The translations under genes and the position numbers were made by a program. From Nitrospirota bacterium (GTDB lineage: Bacteria > Nitrospirota > UBA9217), in the NCBI GenBank assembly GCA_021814615.1, contig JAKAHZ010000001.1, positions 31,178 through 95,177 on the forward strand: 64,000 nucleotides of DNA, read 5' to 3'. The notes beneath the pieces were generated by a model that saw nothing but the letters and a program-made list of their open reading frames with translations, ran no database searches and was not told the origin of the DNA. Below are positions 56,738 to 64,000 of the stretch, in pieces (position 1 is the first letter of the stretch; every line of letters starts with the position of its first letter).

Positions 56738-58450
56738 ATGACTATGAGAACGCTCCGCATTTCCAAGGCCCAGATCAACCCAACCGTGGGCGATCTGGCA
56801 GGCAACCGCGACAAGATCATCGACGGCATCCGCAAAGCGAAGAAGCTCGGAGCGGACATCGTCGCCTTCCCCGAGATGGCGGTGACCGGGTATCCGTCCG
56901 AGGACCTGCTGCTCAAGCCGCAGTTCGTGAAGGACAACCTCCGGACGCTGCGCGAGATCCAGAAGGCCACGCCGGACATCGTCGCCGTCGTCGGCTTCGT
57001 GGACCGGCAGGAATTCCTGTACAACGCCGCGGCGGTCCTGTACAAGGGAACGAAAGCATACGTCTATCACAAGATCATGCTGCCGAACTACGGCGTCTTC
57101 GACGAATACCGCTATTTCCGTCCCGGCGGCCGCTACCCGCTCGTAACGGTGCGGGGAGTGGTCGTCGGTGTGAATATCTGCGAGGACATCTGGTTCCGGG
57201 AGGGGCCAACGCGTTCCCAGGCGCTGGCAGGCGCGGAAGTGATCGTGAACATCAACGCGTCGCCGTACCACAAGTCCAAGGGCATGGAGCGCCACCTGAT
57301 GCTGACCGAGCGGGCGCGCGAGAACGACGTGGTCATCTCGTACACCAATACGGTCGGCGGCCAGGACGAGCTAGTCTTCGACGGCCAGAGCATGGTGATC
57401 GACCGCACCGGCAGGCTCATGGCCATGGCAAAGCAGTTCGAGGAAGAACTCCTGACTGTTGACCTCAGGCTGCCGGACCGGGTGAAGACAGTGGCCGAAG
57501 AAAGCCGGTTTGTATCCGTCGATCGCGTCGTGCTGTCCGACAGCCCGGGGCCGAAAAAGAAACCCCTGCCCCCGCTCCGGAAGATCGAGAAACCCTTGAG
57601 CCAGTGCGAGGAGGTTTACCGCGCGCTGGTGCTCGGCACGCGGGATTACCTGCGCAAGACCGGATTCTCCACCGCCGTGATCGGGCTCTCCGGCGGCGTG
57701 GATTCGGCCCTCGTCGCGGCCATCGCAACCGAAGCGCTCGGCAAAGAACACGTAGTCGGCGTGTTCATGCCTTCCCAGTTCAGCTCCCGCGAAAGCCGCG
57801 AAGACGCCTTCGGCCTGGCAAAGAACCTCGGCATCAGGATCCACGAGATCCCGATCAAGGACACCTTCGAATCCTACCTCAGGACGCTCCGCGGGATCTT
57901 CGCCAAGACTCGTCAGGACGTGACCGAGGAGAACCTCCAGGCGAGGATCCGCGGAAACCTGCTCATGGCGCTCTCGAACAAGTTCGGCTGGCTCGTCCTG
58001 ACCACGGGGAACAAGAGCGAGATGTCCGCGGGCTACGCGACGCTCTACGGCGACATGGCCGGCGGCTTCGCCGTGATCAAGGATGTGCCCAAGACCATGG
58101 TCTATGACATCTGCCGGTGCGTGAACCGGCTGGCGGGAAGGACGATCGTCCCGAGGCGCGTCATGACCAAGGCGCCGACCGCCGAGCTCCGGCCGAATCA
58201 GAAGGACAGCGATTCCCTGCCGATTTATCCGGTGCTTGACCCGATCCTGAAGGCCTACGTGGAGGATGACCGGGAGTTCGGCGAGATGCTCAAGATGGGC
58301 TTCGACCGGAAGACCGTGGAGCGCGTGATCCGGCTCGTGGACACGAGCGAATACAAGCGCCGCCAGGCCCCTCCGGGCGTCAAGATCACGCCGCGCGGCC
58401 TGGGCAAGGATCGGCGCTTCCCGATCACGAACAGGTACAGAAGCTACTAA
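56738..58450 (+). CDS. nadE: Glutamine-dependent NAD+ synthetase (CN-hydrolase + NAD synthase domains)
   Basis: Nitrilase-like N-domain ('FPEMAVTGYP', 'NICEDIW'); PP-loop 'GLSGGVDSAL' in C-domain. Confidence 0.85.
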   Translation: MTMRTLRISKAQINPTVGDLAGNRDKIIDGIRKAKKLGADIVAFPEMAVTGYPSEDLLLKPQFVKDNLRTLREIQKATPDIVAVVGFVDRQEFLYNAAAVLYKGTKAYVYHKIMLPNYGVFDEYRYFRPGGRYPLVTVRGVVVGVNICEDIWFREGPTRSQALAGAEVIVNINASPYHKSKGMERHLMLTERARENDVVISYTNTVGGQDELVFDGQSMVIDRTGRLMAMAKQFEEELLTVDLRLPDRVKTVAEESRFVSVDRVVLSDSPGPKKKPLPPLRKIEKPLSQCEEVYRALVLGTRDYLRKTGFSTAVIGLSGGVDSALVAAIATEALGKEHVVGVFMPSQFSSRESREDAFGLAKNLGIRIHEIPIKDTFESYLRTLRGIFAKTRQDVTEENLQARIRGNLLMALSNKFGWLVLTTGNKSEMSAGYATLYGDMAGGFAVIKDVPKTMVYDICRCVNRLAGRTIVPRRVMTKAPTAELRPNQKDSDSLPIYPVLDPILKAYVEDDREFGEMLKMGFDRKTVERVIRLVDTSEYKRRQAPPGVKITPRGLGKDRRFPITNRYRSY

Positions 58451-58726
58451 GTCAACGTTCTCACCGCGAAAGCGCCAAGAACGCGGAGAAATAGATTCAA
58501 TACGGGAATCATTCTCGCACAGAGACGCAGAGAAAGACAATTCTAAAGCAATGTGATTTCGCGCAAAGCACGCTAAGAGCGCAAAGGACAGAAGGATACA
58601 ATTAAACGCTGAAAAAGCTATGAGCAGATCTATGCTGTTCGCCGATAAATCAATATTAGGATTCTTCATAAGTCCTCGGCGTCGATCAGCGTTGAATTAA
58701 CCTGATTTCTTGGCGTCCTTCGCGTC

Positions 58727-59578
58727 TTGGCGGTAATGGGTTATTCTCCTATGACTCCCGGTACTCTCTACATCGTCTCCACGCCCATCGGCAACCTCGA
58801 GGACATCACCCTCCGGGCGCTGCGGATATTGAAGGAAGCGGACGTGATCGCTGCCGAGGACACGCGCCACACCCAGAAGCTCCTGTCCAAATACGACATC
58901 CATACGCCGCTCACGAGCTACCACGATCACAACAAGGAAGAAAAAGGGCCGGTCCTCGTCAGCCGCCTGCTCGAAGGCAAGAACGTTGCGCTCGTGTCCG
59001 ATGCCGGCACGCCCGGCATCTCGGACCCCGGCTACTTCCTGATCAATCTCGCCGTGGATCAGCAGATTCCCGTGGTCCCCATCCCCGGTGCCACAGCAGC
59101 AATTGCCGCGCTCTCCGTCTCCGGCCTGCCAACGGACAGCTTCGTGTTCGAAGGATTCCTGCCGGGCAAGCATCAGGCCAGGCTGAAGCGGCTGGAGCTG
59201 CTCAAACCGGAAACACGCACGCTGGTCCTGTACGAGGCGCCGCACCGGATCCACCAGGCGCTTGAGGACATGCTCTCGGTCCTGGGTGACCGGAAAGCGG
59301 TTGTCATGCGCGAACTGACCAAGATCCATGAACAGGCGCTCCGCGGAACGCTTTCTTCCATCAGGGAACAGCTCCGGACCGGTTCGGATAAAGGCGAGTT
59401 CACCCTCGTGGTGCATGGCAAAACCGACGAGCCGGCACAGCAGGATATCGACATCGCGGAACACTTGAAGAACCTGATGCTCCACCGGGGAATGACCAAG
59501 AAAGAGGCCATTGCAGCTGCAACCGAGGAGCTGGGGCTGCCGAAGAAGGAGATATACAAGGAAAGTTTAAAGCTATAA
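58727..59578 (+). CDS. rsmI: 16S rRNA (cytidine1402-2'-O)-methyltransferase
   Basis: 'LYIVSTPIGNLEDIT', 'AAEDTRHT', 'SDAGTPGISDPG' match RsmI; start 58727 or 58751. Confidence 0.85.
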   Translation: MAVMGYSPMTPGTLYIVSTPIGNLEDITLRALRILKEADVIAAEDTRHTQKLLSKYDIHTPLTSYHDHNKEEKGPVLVSRLLEGKNVALVSDAGTPGISDPGYFLINLAVDQQIPVVPIPGATAAIAALSVSGLPTDSFVFEGFLPGKHQARLKRLELLKPETRTLVLYEAPHRIHQALEDMLSVLGDRKAVVMRELTKIHEQALRGTLSSIREQLRTGSDKGEFTLVVHGKTDEPAQQDIDIAEHLKNLMLHRGMTKKEAIAAATEELGLPKKEIYKESLKL

Positions 59579-59602
59579 ACGTGATGGACTCGTAAGAATT
59601 CA

Positions 59603-59705
59603 AAACCTACTACTGAGACACGGAGACACAGAGAAAAGCAATTTGCATACATGATGATGTTTCAGTGTCCTCAGTGTCTCCGTGGTGATAATCGACTTTT
59701 TTACG
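59603..59705. repeat. ~95-nt hairpin element (copy 2 of 2)
   Basis: Matches 8477-8578; inverted repeat 'cacggagacacagag...ctcagtgtctccgtg'. Confidence 0.7.
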
Positions 59706-59814
59706 ATATCATCAACATTCAGCGATCTTTTTTCTGTCCGAATACACCCAAACAGGGTACTATTCCTGTTGCCGCATACTGATGCAGCATTTCTTTTCAT
59801 GAATGGAGACGAAT

Positions 59815-60303
59815 ATGTCGGGACACATCAAATCGAGCATGGGCGTTGAGCTGAAGGTCAAGGACGTGATGACCAAGGGTGTCATCACGATCACGAAATT
59901 CGAGAGCATCGTCACGGTCGCGGACATCCTGCAGGAAAGGAACATCAGCGGCCTGCCGGTGGTGGACAAGGACAACAAGGTCGTGGGGATCATCACCCAG
60001 GCGGACATCCTGTCCATGGTGGGCGTGGGCAGGGATCATACGTTCAAGGACCTGCTCAAGTACATGCTCGGCGAACCGCTGCCGGGCAAGAAGCTGGGCG
60101 ATACGGTCGGCGACATCATGACCACGCCGGCGGTGACGATCAAGGCGGATGCGAACATCGCCGAAGCGATCCAGCTCATGGACGACAAGAAGATCCGGCG
60201 GCTGACCGTGGTGGACGACAAACAGAAGCTCCTGGGCATCATTACCCGCGCCGACATCCTGAAGGCAGTGCTGAACAAGGTCAAGGAACTCCGCAAAGGA
60301 TAG
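59815..60303 (+). CDS. CBS-domain pair protein
   Basis: Two CBS motifs ('VMTKGVITI', 'GLPVVDKDNKVVGIIT'; 'IMTTPAVTI','RLTVVDDKQKLLGIIT'); RBS GGAG. Confidence 0.75.
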   Translation: MSGHIKSSMGVELKVKDVMTKGVITITKFESIVTVADILQERNISGLPVVDKDNKVVGIITQADILSMVGVGRDHTFKDLLKYMLGEPLPGKKLGDTVGDIMTTPAVTIKADANIAEAIQLMDDKKIRRLTVVDDKQKLLGIITRADILKAVLNKVKELRKG

Positions 60304-60305
60304 CG

Positions 60306-61430
60306 ATGGCAACGGTCTATTTCTCCTCAGCCCGCACGCTCAGGTGGAACTACCTGCACAGCGTCCCGGGCAAGCTGGAAGCGCTCCTGGAGAAGCTGGA
60401 TCTCGCGAAGCGCTTCGCCAAGGACGACTGGGTCGCGGTCAAGACCCATTGGGGGTCCCCCGGCGCCTTCCGCATCATTCCCGCCGCCATGCTCCGGAAG
60501 GTCGTTGACGCCGTGGGAAAAACCGGAGCCAAGCCCTTCGTGACCGACACGGTCAGGATCAAGGGCCTGGACTATCTCGAAGTGGCGAACCAAAACGGCC
60601 TGAATCACCTTTCCTGCGGCGCACCCCTCGTGCTTGCCGACGGACTCTACGGCAAGGACAGCATTCTCGTCAAGGCAGGTCCGCTGCTGGGCGCCATCGC
60701 CGTGGCTTCGGTGATCCACGACGCTCCGGCCATGATCGTCTGTTCGCACACCAAGGGCCACATCAATTCCGGCTATGCCGGCGCGATCAAGAACCTGGCG
60801 ATGGGCTGCGTGAGCGGACGCCACCGCGACCACGGCTGGCAGAAGGGCCGCGGCTCCATGCATTGCCACGGAGAGAAGGGCCTGCAGTGGGACCCCGAGG
60901 TCTGCACCTTCTGCGGCCAGTGCGCGGAGATCTGCCCGCTCGATTCCATCGAATTCAAGGACGGCAGGTTCGCCTACGACGCGGACACTTGCTGGCACTG
61001 CGGCAGGTGCAGCAGGGTCTGCCAGGAGGGCGCGCTCACCCTGCCCCAGGACGACGAGACCTTCATGAAAACCATGGCTGAATCCGCGGCAGCGGTGCTC
61101 TCCACCTTCCGGCCCGGCAAGGTTGTCTATGTCAATTTCCTCTTCCAGATCCAGCCGGAATGCGACTGCATGCCCGTGGCAGACGTGCCGGTGATCCAGG
61201 ACCAGGGCATCATGGTCTCCGACGACCTCGTGGCTATCGAGCAGGCGTCGGTCGACATGCTGCGAAAGGCATCTCCCCTCCCCCAGTCCGCCGCAGCGGA
61301 CGCAAAAGTCCCACCCGGAAATGATATACTCTCCTCATTGAATCCCCGGCCCCTGCAGCTCCAGATCGACGCGTGCGAGCGGCTGGGCCTGGGCTCGAAG
61401 CAGTACGAGCTGATTACCATAGAACCATAA
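60306..61430 (+). CDS. DUF362-domain protein with inserted 2x[4Fe-4S] ferredoxin domain
   Basis: 'CTFCGQCAEICP' and 'CWHCGRCSRVCQ' ferredoxin motifs inside DUF362 scaffold. Confidence 0.6.
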   Translation: MATVYFSSARTLRWNYLHSVPGKLEALLEKLDLAKRFAKDDWVAVKTHWGSPGAFRIIPAAMLRKVVDAVGKTGAKPFVTDTVRIKGLDYLEVANQNGLNHLSCGAPLVLADGLYGKDSILVKAGPLLGAIAVASVIHDAPAMIVCSHTKGHINSGYAGAIKNLAMGCVSGRHRDHGWQKGRGSMHCHGEKGLQWDPEVCTFCGQCAEICPLDSIEFKDGRFAYDADTCWHCGRCSRVCQEGALTLPQDDETFMKTMAESAAAVLSTFRPGKVVYVNFLFQIQPECDCMPVADVPVIQDQGIMVSDDLVAIEQASVDMLRKASPLPQSAAADAKVPPGNDILSSLNPRPLQLQIDACERLGLGSKQYELITIEP

Positions 61431-61471
61431 TGTGATCTTGCAAGCTTGTCGCCTTGTCAGCGGAGGCATTC

Positions 61472-62902
61472 GTGAAACGCACCAAGATCCTCGCCACCAT
61501 CGGCCCGGCTTCCAGTTCCCCGGAAATCATCAGACGCCTCATAAGGGCCGGCATGGACCTCGCGCGCCTGAACTTCTCCCACGGCGAACGAAAGGACCAT
61601 GTCGAACGCCTTCGGATGATCCGCAGGGAATCGGCACGCGCGGGAAAGCATGTCGCCGTGGTCCAGGACCTCCAGGGGCCGAAGCTCCGGGTCGGGAGCA
61701 TGCAGAACGACGGCGTGACCCTGCGAAAGGGCGATACGGTAACGCTCACGGCGAAGAAAGCCGCCGGCACGGCCAGTCTGATCTCGATCACCTATCCCCG
61801 CCTTCTGCAGGACCTCGCGGCCGGCGATGCCGTCCTGTTCGACGACGGCAGGCTATCGGTCGTGGTCACCGGCAGGAAAGGCGGCAACCTCACGGCCAAG
61901 GTCGTGCGCGGCGGCGTGCTCAAGAGCCACAAGGGTGTGAACCTGCCGGGCGCGAAGCTCTCCCTCCCGTCCCTCTCCGTCAAGGACCGGCAGGACCTGC
62001 TCTTCGGCATCGACCAGGGCGTGGATTACATCGCCCTCTCCTTCGTCAGGACGGCACGGGACATCGAAACAACGCGGTCCTTCGTCGCGAAAGCGGGCGC
62101 GAAGATCCCGATCATCGCCAAGATCGAAAAGCCCGAGGCCATCGAGAACCTCGACGAGATCATCGCGGCTGCCGACGGCATCATGGTCGCCCGCGGCGAC
62201 CTGGGCGTGGAGATGTCGCCGGAGCAGGTCCCCCTGCTCCAGAAGCGGATCATCAGGGCCTGCAACGAGGCGGAGAAGCCCGTGATCACGGCGACGCAGA
62301 TGCTCGAGAGCATGATCGAGAATCCGCAGCCCACGCGGGCCGAGGCGTCGGACGTGGCGAACGCGATCCTGGACGGCACGGACTGCGTCATGCTCTCGGG
62401 CGAGACCGCGGTCGGCAAGTTCCCGGTGCAGGCCGTGGAGGTGATGGCGCGCATCGCCGCGAGCGCCGAAACCCAGCTGGCGCCGCGCCCGCCGGACCAG
62501 CACATCGGCGGCATCGACGAGAGCATCGCCCACGCCGCCTGCCGCGCGGCCCAGGAGCAGCAGGTCCGGGCCATCGTCACCTTCACCCAATCGGGCAGTA
62601 CCGCGCTCCTCGTGTCCAAGCACCGGCCGTCGGCGGACATCATCGCGCCCACGCCCTTCGAGCGCGTGGCCCGCAGGGTCTCGCTCTACTGGGGTGTGAT
62701 CCCCGTGATCCTGAAGCCCCGGCGGACGACGGACGACATGCTTGCGGGCATCGAGGCCATCATGCTCCGCAAAGGGCTCGTGCGAAAGCACGACCTGATC
62801 GTGCTGACCGCCGGCGTTCCCATCGGCGTGGCAGGCAGCACGAATATGATGAAGGTGCACAAGGTGGGAGAGACGAAGGGACTGGAACGGAAGAACCGAT
62901 AG
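61472..62902 (+). CDS. pyk: Pyruvate kinase
   Basis: 'KILATIGPAS', 'MVARGDLGVE', 'TQMLESM' PK motifs; GTG start with GGAGG RBS. Confidence 0.9.
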   Translation: MKRTKILATIGPASSSPEIIRRLIRAGMDLARLNFSHGERKDHVERLRMIRRESARAGKHVAVVQDLQGPKLRVGSMQNDGVTLRKGDTVTLTAKKAAGTASLISITYPRLLQDLAAGDAVLFDDGRLSVVVTGRKGGNLTAKVVRGGVLKSHKGVNLPGAKLSLPSLSVKDRQDLLFGIDQGVDYIALSFVRTARDIETTRSFVAKAGAKIPIIAKIEKPEAIENLDEIIAAADGIMVARGDLGVEMSPEQVPLLQKRIIRACNEAEKPVITATQMLESMIENPQPTRAEASDVANAILDGTDCVMLSGETAVGKFPVQAVEVMARIAASAETQLAPRPPDQHIGGIDESIAHAACRAAQEQQVRAIVTFTQSGSTALLVSKHRPSADIIAPTPFERVARRVSLYWGVIPVILKPRRTTDDMLAGIEAIMLRKGLVRKHDLIVLTAGVPIGVAGSTNMMKVHKVGETKGLERKNR

Positions 62903-62933
62903 CGGCAAGGGGAACAGGAACGGATGAGAATAT

Positions 62934-62962
62934 GGGCGCCCGAGAGGGCGCCTTTTTTAGTT
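62934..62962. terminator. Rho-independent terminator (bidirectional) after pyk
   Basis: 'gggcgcccgagagggcgcc' hairpin followed by tttttt. Confidence 0.65.
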
Positions 62963-63010
62963 GCCCCGCAGGAAGAGCGCGGCAACGGAGTGCATGCCGT
63001 TACGGGGATC

Positions 63011-64000
63011 TCACTCCCTGCTGGCGGCGACGAGATAGCGGAAAAAGAGCGACGGCTTGTCTTGGCCGTAGAGCTGCGAACGGTAGCGTCCCCAGAGATC
63101 GGACGCGGCCTGCTTCTTTCCCTGCATCAGCCTGCCCGTCATACCCGCCGCGACAACATAGCTCAAGGGTTCCTTCGGAAGATCGCGGTCCTCCTCAAGG
63201 ATCGCAAGAGCCGATTCCTCCATCCCGCGGCCGTCACGGTTCCCGATCGCCTTCAACAGGCGAATCCAGCCGCGCTCTTTCGGCGAGAGGACCGGGAAAC
63301 AGGCGCCGGCCTCCAGCCTGCGCCAGACATCCGCCATCTCCCTGCTCGTCAGAAAGGGCGTCATTCCGATGCCGACCGTGTGATAGGAAGCGAGAATTCG
63401 ATCGTCAGCGCCGCTCCGGCAGTCCTGCCGGAAACGGCGGACAAGCTCCTCGGCATCCGCTTTCATTCCTTCCGGCAGCATCTCCTCATCGTCCCGGAGC
63501 GCCCCCCCCATCACGAAGCCGCGCACGACTTCGGCGGCATAGGCTTCATAGGAGATATTGTAATCCTCGGCCGGACTGACCGTTCCGCGCTCTTCCGGCC
63601 GGCGGGAGCCGAAGAGCAGTTCGGCAAGCGGCAAGGGGCGCTTGCCGAACGTGATCAGCTCAGTTGCCGAGGAGCCGAGAAACCGCGTGCGTGCGGCGTT
63701 CTGATCTACCACCGGATCGTAGTCCCTGTTCTCCCGTCCCGTGAAGGAATCCAGCAACGGACGGAAGAAGGCTTTGTTCCCGATCCTGCGAAGCGCCAGG
63801 TCACGGGGGCCATTGACATCGATCCGGCTCAGGAGGGGGCGCAGGGCTGGCGATTCGAGGAACTCGCGATCGGGCCCCGCGAGCGGAGCGTGGTTCCGGG
63901 CGATGATGATCACGTCGTTCATGGTGGCTGCGTAAATCTCGAAGTCGTCGAAAGACGCCGAAAGCGCCTTCAGCACCGACAGCACCTGGTTCGTGTCGAT
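63011..64000 (-). CDS. Hypothetical protein (5' end beyond window)
   Basis: ORF continues without stop to window edge in frame; no recognisable motif. Confidence 0.4.
   Translation of the reverse strand: MDTNQVLSVLKALSASFDDFEIYAATMNDVIIIARNHAPLAGPDREFLESPALRPLLSRIDVNGPRDLALRRIGNKAFFRPLLDSFTGRENRDYDPVVDQNAARTRFLGSSATELITFGKRPLPLAELLFGSRRPEERGTVSPAEDYNISYEAYAAEVVRGFVMGGALRDDEEMLPEGMKADAEELVRRFRQDCRSGADDRILASYHTVGIGMTPFLTSREMADVWRRLEAGACFPVLSPKERGWIRLLKAIGNRDGRGMEESALAILEEDRDLPKEPLSYVVAAGMTGRLMQGKKQAASDLWGRYRSQLYGQDKPSLFFRYLVAASRE

Overview
This is a high-GC (~65%) bacterial chromosomal segment, probably deltaproteobacterium-like, with about 50 supportable protein-coding genes and no rRNA, tRNA or CRISPR array that I could see.

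Gene content, in order:
- **Start of window:** two-component histidine kinase (5'-truncated) plus a CheY-like regulator, rlmD, a ferritin/rubrerythrin-like protein, a polysaccharide deacetylase and dusB.
- **Fe-S / radical SAM region:** an Fe-S motif protein, a nitroreductase, a radical-SAM/SPASM enzyme with a candidate 32-aa peptide upstream, and a divergently transcribed gene for a RecB-like nuclease fused to an XPD/DinG-type Fe-S helicase.
- **Signalling:** a NapH-like polyferredoxin, then a c-di-GMP module (PhnD-like binding protein, HAMP-PAS-GGDEF-EAL protein, response regulator with a PilZ domain), and an anion permease fused to DUF192.
- **Accessory stretch (~19.2-26.4 kb):** secreted or putative hydrolases (PLA2-like protein, tyrosine phosphatase, lipase, papain-like protease) interrupted by a low-GC two-gene insert, followed by a chemoreceptor with a CX3CH motif.
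- **Glycan locus (~29.5-39.9 kb, minus strand):** two GT2 enzymes, a GDPD-like protein, an ArnT/PMT-like GT-C transferase, GtrA, a tandem double nucleotidyltransferase, a class II aldolase, a HAD hydrolase and a GT-C-like membrane protein fused to a uridine-kinase-like P-loop domain.
- **Housekeeping end:** thiL, lon, galU, mlaFED, alr, gpsA, larB and larC (split by a GIY-YIG mini-element with inverted repeats), nadE, rsmI, a CBS protein, a DUF362-ferredoxin protein and pyk.

Intergenic regions are unusually rich in repeats: a ~150-170 bp structured element (four copies), a ~95-nt hairpin element (two copies), degenerate 'word' repeats (catccgcg / ctctgtg / cttcgtg / gtact families) and perfect heptanucleotide microsatellites next to the mla operon and inside the 5' end of a secreted TPR gene.

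All functional calls rest on motifs read directly from the ORF translations; I could not run homology searches or RNA folding.
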